From positions 35,032,001-35,096,000 of the forward strand of contig NC_087245.1 in assembly GCF_037042905.1 (NCBI RefSeq): DNA of 64,000 bases. The letters run 5' to 3'. How positions within the stretch are numbered: the first letter of the stretch is position 1; the number at the start of each line of letters is the position of its first letter. The notes beneath the pieces were generated by a model. The model ran no database searches. It saw only the letters and a program-made list of their open reading frames with translations, and was not told the origin of the DNA. This stretch comes from Lytechinus pictus. Its lineage: Eukaryota. A program made the translations under genes and the position numbers. Below are positions 38,101-49,680 of this stretch, one piece after another.

Positions 38101-41100
38101 TCTCATTTTTCCATATCTCGATGCAAGCTTTCTTGTGTGGATGCAAAAATAAGAGTTTTCCCAGAAATCTTGTCCCTGACGTCATGTCTGCCCCCCTCAT
38201 TTTTTTACTCATGACGCCTTTACTCTGCTTGTTCGACCTTGAGCCGTTGGTCCCCTGGTTGCTTGCTCACAGGCATTCGTGCTTTCTTAGCAGTCAGGTA
38301 AAAACCTCGGCACAGAAATAACAGAAATTAGCAACTTGATGCGTACGTTGGTCACATTCATGCTATCACGGTCTACACAATGTAGACTACACGTACGTAC
38401 TTCGCATCAACAGGTTTCTCAGCTCACCTTTTGACCTCGCGAGTTCAATCTAAACAAACGAAGAGTAGTCAAGTGTTGCATTGGGATTGTATCTTCGTTA
38501 TGTTTTACTACAGGCCTATATTTAACCCCGCATTGGGGTTGCATCTTCGTTATGTTTTACTATAGGCCTATATTTAACCCCGCATTGGGGTTGCATATTC
38601 GTTATGTTTTACTATAGGCATATATGATTGCATCTTCGTTATGTTTTACTATAGGCCTATATTTAACCCCGTATTAAACAAACCCTGTTTTATATCGTAG
38701 AACCTGCTCTGAAAGTAATCGTTTTTCTCTTCGCCCTTTCCCTTCATGCTTGGCTGTAGACAGAATGGTGGTGGCCGTCTGTTTAGAGTTTTAAATATTT
38801 TTGGTCTAACTTTTTTTTTCCAATTTCTCCTCTGTACTTTGCGAGTGGATCTAAATAATCTGAAACTGACTGAAACATTCAGGAAAGATAAAAAAACACC
38901 AAAATATCAAATTAGGGTATGTTGTATCCATATCCCTTTATGATGGCTCTCCTGATTCTCTTTCACCAATCCACTTCTTTCTTTCTTCTCTCTCCTCCCT
39001 CCCCCTTTCCTTTGGGGAGGGCCAAGGAGTCCAGTGAGCTGCGCTATAGCGCCTCGCTGTAGTTCCCGTATATGTATCACGCCAAGCTATACATGAAGGG
39101 AAAGGTGCATAAAAGAGCTACAATCCACATGAATAAAGATCAAACTCGGAACTCGGCCCTTGCCCATCTCTGGGATTCTCGTATCTCTTTTAGTCTTGGA
39201 GTACTTTCAGATTCATGACATAAGAGTCCGAAAGTAAGCCGTATTGGGCAATCCTTTGCTTCGTCATTCACGTCAGATAATCAACGTGTCTGAATCCTTT
39301 TTCATGCGTACGATACATTTATGGATGTAGCTCAATATAGTATTCTTATCCTGTGTGTGCTATCGCAAATAGTGGATTATATCTGAAACTAATACAGAGC
39401 GCAAGCATGTCGCTAGCCGCCTAGCATCGGCTCATTGAGCTTGCACGCACCGTTCGATGTTTGCTTTCTACTCAGCTACACACACAGAGTACTGCACTTT
39501 GTTGATACGGGGATTTCTTGATACTGCGCATGCGCCATGACGTATTTCATCAATATGCATGAGTCGTAATGAATATGCATGATTCGAACGGTGTTCTAAT
39601 ATCAATTTATTTTTTAACCCGAGAGGGCGTCAATAAGAAAGTTCAAACTTTTATCGTTTAACCGACATTTGTTATAATATATGTTTCACCCCTCAATATC
39701 ATGAGAATATAAAAGTTATGCAAGTTTCTTTTCCGTGATAAAATAGAGCAATAATATAGGTATTTAATGAATGTAATAATTTCAAAATTGATTCATTGCC
39801 CTTGTCTGAGATCAACCAATCATACACTATACCTTTAATATTATGTCATTTGTACTTCTTGACCTGTAATTAGTTTTTATATGAGGAATGTTTTTGTGTC
39901 GCCTGCATAGCAGAGCAAGACTAAAGGCACCGCCTTTCATGAAAATCATGAAAATCAATGATACACTCAACAAAAGTAAAGATACCGAAGGTGAAGCTGA
40001 TTGATTATTTTACTCTTTTTTTTTTTTACTGTGTTCCCGTAAGATGGTCATGACAGATATTTTATTGATAATGTGATAAGTTTGTTGAATGTTTGAAGCC
40101 GTTTTCACAATGTGTTATTTATTTATCGTCCACAGATTCAAGAGATCATAAAACAAGGTATTGAAACACCCGAGGGTCAGAATGATCTTAGAAGGATGCA
40201 GTTGAGAGAGCTTGCCCGGCTGAATGGTACACTCAGGGATGAAGATATGCTCAGGTATTCTAATTCTACTCTATACCTTCTTAAGCTGTGTAAATGGCAC
40301 CTATCTATAGCAGCCACCTGCATATGGCAACTATTGAATTTCATTTACTCAGAGATATAATGTGTTTAAAGACCTTATTTGAAGAGAAAAATTTGACAAT
40401 TTATGTCCCCTTGGTCACTATAGACAAGACAAGTTTAGAGTGAGGTTGCCTGCCTGATCCTAGGACTGATAATAGCTAAATTGATGCGTATCTCATGTGA
40501 TGAAATTCACTTGAAATCATGAGTGTAATTTCAAGTCATCTAACAAATGTATCTCTGAACAAGTCAGGGCAAATTAAAACTTTCTAGAATGGGGTTAAAA
40601 TTAAATTAGTACGACTTTTTGATGATAAAACAATTTAAATGATAGAAGGAGTGATTGGGCATGTACAGTGACCTGATAAGATCACTTGTTTTGTTGTCTT
40701 TCTGTATTGGTTCTTTAATTTCATGGTATAATTCTTGAACACTCTAGGTGCTCCAACTGTGGGTCCACAGAGCATCGTACCTGGCAGTGTACAGAGAAGC
40801 AGAATATCACCAACAACATCTTATGCTCTCTCTGTGGCTCAGCCGGTCACATAGCTGCCGATTGTAGGGAGAAGGCCATCGGAGACCGCCCCCTTGCCCA
40901 ACCTATCGTCAACTCAGCGGACAAGGCTAAAATGGACTCGGAGGTAAGAATTGGAGGATTTGCATGTTTTAGAACGATTCCAGTGTTACGATTTTTGTTT
41001 GAATTTCAGACAGCTTCATAGGTATTTGTATGAATTGAAAATAGTCATCTGCCGAATGATTATCAAGGCCCTGTGATGCAAAGCTTGCTACTTGATTGTA

Positions 41101-44100
41101 CTGCTGATTTTTTTCATTATTGATTTTCTTGTATTGGATTACATTCACTATTATTTGTAATCAAACGTTCAATTCAACTGCGTAAAATATATGCAGATCA
41201 TGATGCGCACAAACATAGCTGTGTAATGTCCTTAAGACATTTTATAACCAAGAGATTGATATAAAGAAGTGAGAATTCAATTGTACAAATTGAGCTCTTT
41301 TCCAGTATCTCGCCAATGTCTCACCCTCTGAGACACAACAAATTTCTCTTCAAGACCAAGACAGAAATGAAACTCATGTCACACAATCACTAGCAAAACA
41401 TATCTTGAGACCAAGACATATTCAAAGACACCCAACACTGATATCTTAGTCAATGAATTCTCTATAACGCTGCCATCTATTCACATTGTGTTAGAAATTA
41501 TGTTTACTAATATATTCATGGTCAGTCAATGACAGAGGCGTAGCGTTTGACTTCATGCAGTTCATTCATCTCATCTCCTATCGATTCCATCTTCCTTCCA
41601 GTACCTCTCTCTCATGGCTGAGCTTGGTGAAGGTCCTTTGCCAGGTGGAGGAGGAGGAGGAGGACCACCCCCACCACCAAAGGTCAGTATGGGTGGGCCT
41701 CCTAGTGGTCCTAGACACCCCCCACCCCCTATCTCATCGGCTCCGCCCAATCGCCCTATGATGATGCCCCCAGGCGGTGGGCAGGGCAACAACCAGGATC
41801 ACCCTCCCCCTCTGGTGAGTACATCCCGCTATCTTTTGCTAAATTAACTTATTGATTTTGTGCAAGGTACCCTGGTATGGCACGTCCAATTTCTGTATAA
41901 AGCACTTTGTAATGGCTATGCTAAAGCTGGGATGATAATTGTGCAGTGCTAGGAGTGCCATGTTTTACAGATATGAGATGAGGGCTATATTATATTACAA
42001 ACTTCTATTATTATTTTCATCTTGTACTTTTTTTGGCTCAAATGCCTACGAATATTCTTCTTTGATGATGAGTTGAAAAGGGCTTATTACATAATTTGGG
42101 TTGAGAATATAAAATTTTCAGGTTATACCGTCCAGATTTTCGATTTTAAATAATGTATTGTAAAACGGTTAATTGAACCTTAACTAAGAGTAATGATATT
42201 TCGTTTCCATCAGATGGGTCAGAACCTGAACTTACCTTGGAACAACCGCAGTCAGAACAAGCCAATGTCCCTGCTTAACTCTGGCCCTGCACAGCGGCCT
42301 CCTCTGGGCCAGGGCCCCCCTCCTCCTCCTCTCCCCCATCAAGGCCCTCCACCGCCCTCTAACAGCGGACCTCCACCCCATCACAACCAGCCCCCGTTCA
42401 TGGGCCCACCACGCCCCCCTATGATGAATAGACCCCCTCCCGTTGGTCCTCCCGGTGGCATGCCTCCGAACATGATGCCGTCTCACATGAGCCAAGGACC
42501 CCCCGGACCCCCTCCGTCTGGTGGATTCAACCCAATGATGCCCCCTCCACCTCGAGGGAGATCTCAGCTGCCCCCATGGGCATTCCATGGTGGACCTCCA
42601 TCTTCTGGACCCCCTAATTCATCAGCACCAGGTGAGACACAACACTAATTTCATTTCCCACTTTAAGTAATACATATGAATTATGTTTGGTCACATTGAT
42701 ATCATTACTGAAGCTTTGCCAGGTAATAAATACTAAAAGAGAAATGCAGGTGCTATCATTGCCTTACTCGGTCAAAGGATTTGAAATAGATATATCTTTT
42801 TGAGAATTCTTGATTTCATTTTTGTTGTCTCGCCTGAACAAAGTTCAGCAGAGACCTAGTGATCACTTTTCCTGCTGGTCTGTTAGTTTGTTACAAAAGT
42901 ATTTAAGTTTTTGTTCAACTTTCTGTCATTTCTTTATTTCTGCTCAATTATGTACATTCTTGGTACATATGATTCTTGGGTAATACTACATGTGTTGTTG
43001 AAGATGGGGTCAATGGTCATCTAGAGGTAAAAAGATCATGTTGCATATTTCATTGATCGCAAAATCAGGCAAGATTCTAATGAATCTAATGAATTTGAAG
43101 CTTAATTTCTTTGATCCAACATTAAATGAAGATTTTTGTTTGATTTTCATTCCAGCTCCAGCGCCGGTTCCTCCCCCATCCCTTCTGGTTGCCCCGCCCC
43201 CACCCCCACCTAGCAGCGAGCCGCCTCCACAACCCCCCACTAGTGCTCCATGGCAGATTTCGTCATCAAGTAAGTCATTGAAAATTTCCCTCTCTTTTTT
43301 GGTAGCAAATCAGTGTGTGGATTATTCATTGGTCAAAATTTTATTTGATCACAATCCAAATTTAATGGCATTACAATAACAATGGCATTCCCATTATTGG
43401 TGTTCTTTTATTGATATAAAACATGATATAAGTGAATGCATTGTTGCGAATTGTAATATATTAATTTATTAGATGATGAATTCTTATTGGCAATAATGCT
43501 TTGATAAGTTAGTTTTACTCGTTGGCTTTTTATTATGTTATTGTTAGTGTTTCTAGTGCCAATATATGGACTTTTCAATATGTAAAAGTACACATGTATA
43601 AACATGACTACTCTTCTTATTCAAGAGTAAGAGATAAAGAAATAGAAAATTTGTAGTAATCTTTAACATTTTTCCCAGATTTGAAGTCAATTATATTCTT
43701 ATCAAATTCTAGATTCAAACATATCAACTTTGAAGATGAAACTAATTCTAAGGCCTTTCAATGACGCTTACTATCAGGGGTATAAGGATAACTATATCAT
43801 GATGAGTAGGAAAAATAAAAATACAGCTCTTACTTGAAGGCTATCTTGTATGGGGGATTGAGATGGTTTAAGAGTGCTGTAGGATAGAGTGGTGAGTGAA
43901 GGAATACAAATCTGAGTTTTGTCGATGTTAGAATTCCAAGGGCCTTTTATGGTGGAAAATATTTAGGATTATGAATATAGTGAATATCATGCTTGAATGG
44001 CCACCTGACATCTGCTGCCTGCCTACGTATATGCTTGGTTTACAGGCCAAGGGGTAGGGACATCTCCCCCATCTCAGCCTCCATGGCAGTCCCAGGCCAT

Positions 44101-47100
44101 CCTACAGCAGGCCCTAGCCCTCTCGCAGCCTCAGCAGGCAGCGACAGGTTAGCTCCATCGATCATTCATCTCAGATAAATACATGGATAGATCATTGTTA
44201 TTGCTGCTGGATCATTGTTAATGCTGCTGCTGTTGCTCAACACCATTTTCAATCAATTCGCACATCTTGTAGCTCCCGCTGCCTGTCGTTTTAAATTTTA
44301 TCCATATTTTGCGAATCTCATATTGCAAATATTTGTTCTTAAACTGACTTAGGACTAGAATATCATGGTTCACTGGCGGATTCAGGGGGGGGGGGGAAGC
44401 TGGCCAGTGCCCCCCTACCTTTGCAAGGCACAATTAAAATTTGTAATGTAAAAATGCCATAAAACAGAAGTGTCCCCCCTTTGAAAGTGAAGAACCTTTT
44501 TTTTTTTTGCTTGGGAAAATGTGCCCCCCCCCCCCCTTTTGGAAAATCCTGGATCCACCCATGCCATGGTTTACATAAAACCCATTCTGGACACCCTAAT
44601 TGCTGCGGTTAAAATATCACGAATTTTCACCTATCTGAGTTAAAGTTCTAAATGTGGTTTTCCAAATTGAAGCCCAGCCCAAACATAAAATTTCCAATCT
44701 CTTTTGTATCAAGGTGTAAGTGAATAGGAGAGTTTCAATTAACTGATGCCTTTGGTTGGCTGGCAGCCTTCTTGCCATCAGAACGGGCTCCTTTGACGAA
44801 GATGAAGATTTGATATATCATTGTGGCATTCATGCAGACTGCACCATGTCTCAATGTCCTATCCATGTACATACCTGAGATTAGTGAGCAAATCTTGTGC
44901 ATGCTGCCTCCCCATCAGTGTCTTTTTGAAGATGTTTAAACACGAAAAATATTAGGGTGATATAAAATCTGGATATCCTTTGCTTGTAGTGGTTTTAGTG
45001 TCTTTGGTTCCTCATTTTTACCTGTAAATTGTTTTGGATGAAAATAAACTGGGTTCCAAAAGAAACTGATCAAACTTTACAAGAGCACTGTACAAATTCC
45101 ATGAGTGTGGTCAAAATGAAGAATATTTTGACACAGGCTAGCTTCAATATTCTTCACTAAGCACATGTCAATAATTAAGAGATTGGTTCAATCACGGAGA
45201 GACTATAGCCCCTCACATCAATTGGTTTCAGAACCCAAGGTCACAAAATGGCAAGAGACGGACCAATGAAAATGAGATGGATTAAACAAACTTCCCAGTT
45301 TATTATTACACATGTCCTTCACAGGCATGTTAAAGTGATTGGCTTGATCACAAAGAATCTACAGGAAGTTAACATAACATTTTTTAAATGACTGGAACAA
45401 CAACACCCACACACAGATCCCCAGAGTGTCCCGGTAAGCAGGGGATAATCTGAACACAGTGTTATCTGTGCGTGGTTGAGTAAGATACACACAGACACTT
45501 GCCATGTTCAGATTATCCCTGCTTACAGGGACATCCCAGGGGGTTCGTGTGTGGCTGCGTGATTATTCATTTTGACTGAGCGAGTGGAATTTGTGCAGTG
45601 CCCTTGTACAGTTTGATCAGTTTCTTTTGGAACCCAGTTTATGTATATTTTTTTTTCAAGATGGCAGATGCTTGTGCATTTTCTTTGTTATTTCTGATGC
45701 TGTTATGACTTTATTATTTTGTTAATACTATTTTTGTTTTATTTTGGAGCTTGATGTTTCTTATGTAATCATCCATGTCTTTCTGTACCGTAGTCCAGTA
45801 GACGGTCTCATAGGGCATGTACAAGACCTGGAAAAGTACAAGGTTTTTTTTTTTTTTACATTGGTTAAAATGGAAAACTAGTGTCATAAAGGAATTCCTC
45901 ATCATAGAAAACCCTAGAAGGACCGTATTATACATGTATTGGGGATTTTCTGGATAGACATTCACAAATACTTATACATCACACATAGATGCTAATTAGC
46001 TAATTAGGCTGATTACGATGATTGAATTACTTTAAAATAAAAGCTATTGTCATGAAATAATTCCTCGTCACAGAAACCCTTAGGAAAATGGTATCATTTA
46101 TGTTTTCAGTCTTTCTGGTTTAAGAGTAGTAGCTTATTACATCTTGTATATATGCTAATTAGATGATTATGCTTATTAGGCTAATTAAAAAAAATAATCA
46201 AGGTTGCCAAGGTGGCAACCAAGCTGAATTTACATCAATACCCATCTAGAACACAAATCAACAAAAAAAAAATTGTACTTTTCCAGGTATGAAAAATATC
46301 TACTGGACTACTGTCACTCCCATACTATTTTCTTGTGAAAAAAAGTTGAGATAATGTTTTCTCTAATCCAGGCTTGATAAGTATGTCTGTTTTTTGTTGT
46401 TGTTTTTTGTCTTTCGAATTCTAACTTTTGACTATCTTTTAACAATATAAATGATTAAGCTTCATTATTAATACTACAATGTATTTAATTTTTTTCTTAT
46501 TGACTACCCCCTCTGTTTCTCTGTGATTTTTATTTTATTTTTGCTTAGAATATTTCAATTTAAGCTGTCTCATTTCAAAATCTATCAATTGCTCAATGGG
46601 AACTTGTACCTTCTTGCCTGGAATGAATGTTTTTCTGACACTAGCACTAAAACTTCTAAATGGCAGAGAGCACTATTAATCCAATGCAAGCATGATATCA
46701 AAACATAGACATTTTAAAGCCATGTGTACTTTCCTATTGGCTAACTATATTGTTTGCCATATCGTGTGAAAGTGAACATGGTTTCTTGTACAAATAATCA
46801 ACAGATGTGAGTGCATTATTGGCAATGAAACATACTTGAAGGTATTTACAATGAAAGCACAAGGCTTGCCAATTGCTCTCCCACAACATTGTAAAAACCC
46901 AAAGTGCGTTCAAAGTCACCAATATCGCAAACACAGACCTGTGCATTATTCATTTAATGAAATGGGTTAACAACATGATTATGTGGCAGAAAAAGTGGAC
47001 AAGCGTTCATGATTTTCATTTTTCAATAAACCCAAAGTCAATACAAGGCTGGCAATTTCTGTGATAATAATAATAGCCAATTTTTATATAGCGCTTTTCC

Positions 47101-49680
47101 CAGGATGGCTCAAAGCACTTTACAGCATATTATTACCCCGGTCATTGGATTCATTTCAATCCTGCACGAAAAGTGCACAATTTCTACTTCCTGGGTGATG
47201 ACATCACTGCTATAGCACAGCAAAAAGGTGAATTGCATGCTGTATGTGTGCGTCTCCTAACGCATCGATGGAGCAAACTGCATATATTCTTTGTGCACAT
47301 TAGAGTGCACGTTATTATTATCATTTTTTTGCTGCACAATTGTTACACTGTTCGTACAAAAAAAAAGTTCACACATGACCCATTGGAGCACAGGTGATTA
47401 GCCTCAATCTTTAATCAGTTTTATAATAGATTATGACATTCAGGCAATGATATCCTGGCAATCATATGTCTTTTAAACTCAGTATATTCTTGTTTAAATG
47501 AGTTGAATGTTTTACCTAAAAAAAAAATTGGACAATAAATTCAAATTTAACATGTGTTAAAATCAAGATTCCACAAATGAAATTATTCCTTGTTATTCTA
47601 GGATTGTATCTAACATACTTAAACCGATTTATTGTGTACATTTTTCACTTCAGCTACTGCTACGACAACTGAGACCACTACATCCACAACCAAGCCATCT
47701 CCTCCAGTACCATGGCAACAGCTTGCTGCAGGTAAGACTCACATTGCAATTCAAACATTCAATCCTTCTATTCTGCTCATTGTTCAAGACCACTGTGCTG
47801 AAATCAGACCCAGTGTACAAACTTTGCCGTTTTCTGTCTTGAATTTATTTAGAGAAAATAATTTCTTAAATTGTGGGCAATAGCATGAAATATGGACGAG
47901 TTTTTCTTCCTTCATCGATAGGAATATTGTCAGTGGGTTGTTTTAATCTTTGTACTCGAAATTAAAAAAATATATATATATATTTGTAAAAAGCTCAATG
48001 ATAGAGTTATTACACAAGTTGCAACCTTTCTTGACTAGAAAGAGTTCAACACAAGAATTAGGAGACTTGTTCTAGTAGAACCTTACTGCAAGGGTAAAAT
48101 GGGGTACAAATGCAATTTTTTTGCTGGAAATGATAGTTGTGGGAATACTAATTTGAAATCAGGTTAATGTTGCTTTGGCTCCCTTTAGCATTTTGTTTTA
48201 ATTAACGTTTTAAGCCACCCCCACTTTTTAGGCAAATAATCATAGAGAAATGATATTGTTTTACCCCTCCCCTTTAAAAAAAATGCAACAAAAAGTTTTT
48301 CAACAGTTTTTTGGTACTACTTGACCTTAGGGGATTCCATACTAAAAGTCTATCAAGATCCACACCTGAGCAAAGTGGTCATTTTCAAGATGGCCGCCAT
48401 TCGCTGAAAATAGACACAACTCACTCATCCACCCTACACATCCTATTTTGTTGCATATTCCATGGTCTAGGGGGTAAATAGATCTATTGATACAAGTTAA
48501 GAGTGATTTATGCACTTTAGGGTACCTGGAAATCCAAGACGGCATCCAAAGCGGCAGCCATAGTCTAAAATTCCACAATTTATCTATTATTTTAGTGTTT
48601 TTAATTCAGTTTCTATTCAATGGTTTTAAGGGTCAAGTACATGTAGTACTCCATATTGACCAATGTTTTTTCAAACATAAACATGAGCATGAATTCAAGG
48701 TGATATATATTTCAAGTGCTCTTTTTAATACTCATTTCTGAATTTGTCTTCATGTATGCTTTTGTTTCGATACCAAACATGACAAGTTGTTCTTTATTTG
48801 TTGTTTTTCAGTTAGTGGGCATGATCAATATTCTAGTAAATCACCTCATATGGCCTTGAATTTGACCCTTATTGACCGAAAGTTCTTAGTTGTTTTCAGA
48901 TTGTTCATATTTACCTTTACATGAAATTGGATTGGTTTGATGCTAAATGTATGATATGTATATACGTAAATTGCATTTCCCTATGTAATTATCAGCTTGA
49001 AAGTGGGCATTGATTAAAGTATTAATTAAAAAAAAATGCTCATGGGTGCCAAAGTGGCACCAACCTGATTTCAAATCAGTATCCCCTCAACTACCATTTC
49101 CAGCACTTTATTTTATGCTTATGCTGAAATGATGATGAGTTCTACTGGACTGTTTTTTCAGGTGATATGAGCTTTCTACCAATGCAAGAATTCTAAAATA
49201 CTACCTTTTTACGCTGGTGCTAATTGAGTACCCAAATATGCTCTTTAACCTTGTGATTTAAACCCTTTTAATATATGTGTATCATTTTCCTTTTGTGTTT
49301 GTTTAGCTGCAGCTGCAGCCAATGCTCCTCCAGTCAGTTCAGCTAGCAGCTCATCACCAGCCCTACCGCCCTGGCTACAAGCCTACACAGCAGCTGCTGC
49401 AGCAGCGGCAGCTGCAGCTGGTGGAGGAGTTTCTACAAGTACGTCAGGCCAACCTACACCCCCGCAGTGGGCGCAAGCAATGCCTCCGCCACCACCCCAA
49501 CCCGTCCCCCCTCCCTCTATGCCAGGAATGCCCCCCATGGGGGTGCCACCTCCCCACATGCAGCCCCCGATGCCCCCCTTGCCATTCCAGCAGGGTGGTA
49601 TGTCTGATGTTGCACCACCCCCTGCAGTACCCCCTCCTCACCTGAATGCCCCTCCCCCACCCCCGCCTCCTTCAAGTTGA
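13902..49680 (+). CDS. SF1: Splicing factor 1 / branchpoint-binding protein. 14 coding exons: join(13902-14160,16659-16820,20172-20247,25687-25839,26700-26789,28264-28447,40136-40254,40748-40943,41602-41814,42214-42631,43156-43269,44046-44147,47654-47731,49307-49680), 845 aa
   Basis: All introns are GT-AG with matching phases; total 2538 nt. Contains [11 protein letters not shown], the [20 protein letters not shown], the KH domain [19 protein letters not shown]2 [13 protein letters not shown], zinc knuckles and a Pro-rich C-terminus. Confidence 0.96.
14192..15861. mobile_element. Foldback (palindromic) MITE split by a later hAT insertion
   Basis: The left arm (14192-14218 plus 15652-~15740) is the reverse complement of ~15750-15861. 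Confidence 0.75.
14219..15643. mobile_element. Non-autonomous hAT-like element with a purine-rich core
   Basis: TIR CAGGGTGACCAGA / TCTGGTCACCCTG; 8-bp TSD ATATTACC at 14211-14218 and 15644-15651. Confidence 0.88.
16659..16820 (+). CDS. SF1: SF1 exon 2 (U2AF ligand motif)
   Basis: TAG acceptor; KRRKRSRW...[18 protein letters not shown] donor. Confidence 0.92.
17351..17950. repeat. Interspersed, internally inverted repeat; second diverged copy at ~19343-19920
   Basis: Both copies begin TTTCTTCCAGACCGATGGA and share CAGGATTT...AATTTTCTTGCTTGAA and CCCATGCAAC blocks. Confidence 0.65.
20172..20247 (+). CDS. SF1: SF1 exon 3
   Basis: [28 protein letters not shown] / GTTTGT. Confidence 0.94.
24364..25055. 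mobile_element. Tc1/mariner (pogo-like) non-autonomous element
   Basis: TA|CAGTCCGGCCTCTCTTATCCGG ... CCGGATGAGGGAGGTCGGACTG|TA. Confidence 0.85.
25687..25839 (+). CDS. SF1: SF1 exon 4 (SPSP motif, helix hairpin)
   Basis: [18 protein letters not shown]...KPPADYK; AAG / GTAAGT. Confidence 0.95.
25938..26444. mobile_element. Kolobok-type MITE
   Basis: TTAA|AGGACAAGTCCACCCCA ... TGGGGTGGACTTGACCT|TTAA. Confidence 0.88.
26700..26789 (+). CDS. SF1: SF1 exon 5 (start of KH domain)
   Basis: [33 protein letters not shown] / GTAAGT. Confidence 0.95.
26811..26982. mobile_element. Short MITE 20 bp downstream of SF1 exon 5
   Basis: TIR TTTCATAAAGCTGTTCGTAA / TTACGAACAGCTTTATGAAA; related fragment at ~29265. 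Confidence 0.75.
27340..28225 (+). mobile_element. Degenerate tRNA-derived SINE hosting a minisatellite
   Basis: tRNA-like head ...CTGACTCTCACCTTTCAA...GGGTTTCAATCCCAGC, a body with TTTATCCACA...GACCCAGGT...GTAAATGG, and a 3' tail GGGTAATAAT...GCTATGTAAGAACT...TTATT. Boundaries are approximate. Confidence 0.6.
27379..28000. repeat. 26-bp minisatellite (TTCAATTATGAAAGGGTCATATGGGT), about 24 copies
   Basis: Direct tandem units with few variants and one truncated unit near 27840. Confidence 0.97.
28264..28447 (+). CDS. SF1: SF1 exon 6 (KH domain)
   Basis: [27 protein letters not shown]...[12 protein letters not shown] / GTGAAC. Confidence 0.95.
31928..32922. mobile_element. hAT-like non-autonomous element with internal CTCGCGCTTCGCGCTCG subrepeats
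   Basis: CAGGGGCGGCGGAAC / GTTCCGTCGCCTATG termini; TSD not recognisable. Homologous to ~12150-13478. Confidence 0.55.
33909..34682. repeat. Apparently perfect 387-bp tandem duplication
   Basis: 33909-34295 is repeated at 34296-34682. Confidence 0.9.
36755..37275. mobile_element. MITE with poly-G/poly-C termini
   Basis: TIR CACTTACATTGACGAGTGGATACCATGCGCGACC; 8-bp TSD CCTTCACT. Same family as 63019-63559. Confidence 0.9.
38478..38672. repeat. 52-bp minisatellite, about 3.5 copies
   Basis: Unit TGCATCTTCGTTATGTTTTACTATAGGCCTATATTTAACCCCGCATTGGGGT. Confidence 0.9.
40136..40254 (+). CDS. SF1: SF1 exon 7 (QUA2)
   Basis: [38 protein letters not shown] / GTATTC. Confidence 0.95.
40748..40943 (+). 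CDS. SF1: SF1 exon 8 (two CCHC zinc knuckles)
   Basis: [14 protein letters not shown] and [14 protein letters not shown], ending KAKMDSE; TAG / GTAAGA. Confidence 0.94.
41602..41814 (+). CDS. SF1: SF1 exon 9
   Basis: [12 protein letters not shown] followed by Gly/Pro-rich sequence; CAG / GTGAGT. Confidence 0.93.
42214..42631 (+). CDS. SF1: SF1 exon 10 (Pro-rich)
   Basis: [11 protein letters not shown]...PPNSSAP; CAG / GTGAGA; phase 0 to 1. Confidence 0.9.
43156..43269 (+). CDS. SF1: SF1 exon 11
   Basis: [10 protein letters not shown]...[12 protein letters not shown] / GTAAGT; 114 nt, phase 1-1. Confidence 0.88.
44046..44147 (+). CDS. SF1: SF1 exon 12 (probable cassette exon)
   Basis: [40 protein letters not shown] / GTTAGC; 102 nt, phase 1-1. 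Confidence 0.72.
44371..44563. mobile_element. Short hAT-like MITE
   Basis: CACTGGCGGATTCAGG / CCTGGATCCACCCATG termini; TSD TCATGGTT / CCATGGTT (7 of 8). Confidence 0.75.
45044..45642. mobile_element. Unclassified element with ~55-bp TIRs and an internal hairpin
   Basis: ATAAACTGGGTTCCAAAAGAAACTGATCAAACT... and its reverse complement; no clear TSD. An end fragment also occurs at ~25870-25922. Confidence 0.8.
45791..46310. mobile_element. Academ-like non-autonomous element
   Basis: TAGTCCAGTAGA / TCTACTGGACTA TIR; flanks CCG / CTG. A related right end occurs at ~49040-49152. Confidence 0.65.
47654..47731 (+). CDS. SF1: SF1 exon 13
   Basis: [30 protein letters not shown] / GTAAGA; 78 nt, phase 1-1. 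Confidence 0.85.
49307..49680 (+). CDS. SF1: SF1 terminal coding exon
   Basis: TTTAG acceptor; poly-Ala, PPWLQ and a Pro-rich end [12 protein letters not shown] at 49678-49680. Confidence 0.9.

Larger units (their letters stand above)
29581..39834. mobile_element. 10.25-kb Kolobok-type DNA transposon derivative in SF1 intron 6
   Basis: TTAA on both sides. Left end AGGTAAATTGTGACATTGGTTTATTTCA versus reverse complement of right end AGGTATAGTGTATGATTGGTTGATCTCA. No intact transposase ORF. Confidence 0.7.

Noticed and set aside
39150..39385. THAP domain or Kolobok transposase start near the right end of the large element
   Set aside because: Only a frameshifted HY-AIAH resemblance on the minus strand; the downstream THAP signature (C..HF) is not visible and all frames contain stops.
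42060..42180. Intronic C/D-box snoRNA suggested by ATGATGA motifs (also ~49131)
   Set aside because: No convincing terminal stem with a properly placed CTGA D box or recognisable rRNA guide; cannot be supported without a covariance search.
41571..43240. Gly-rich minus-strand ORFs (41571-41792, 42232-42588, 43010-43240)
   Set aside because: Antisense shadows of Pro-rich SF1 exons.
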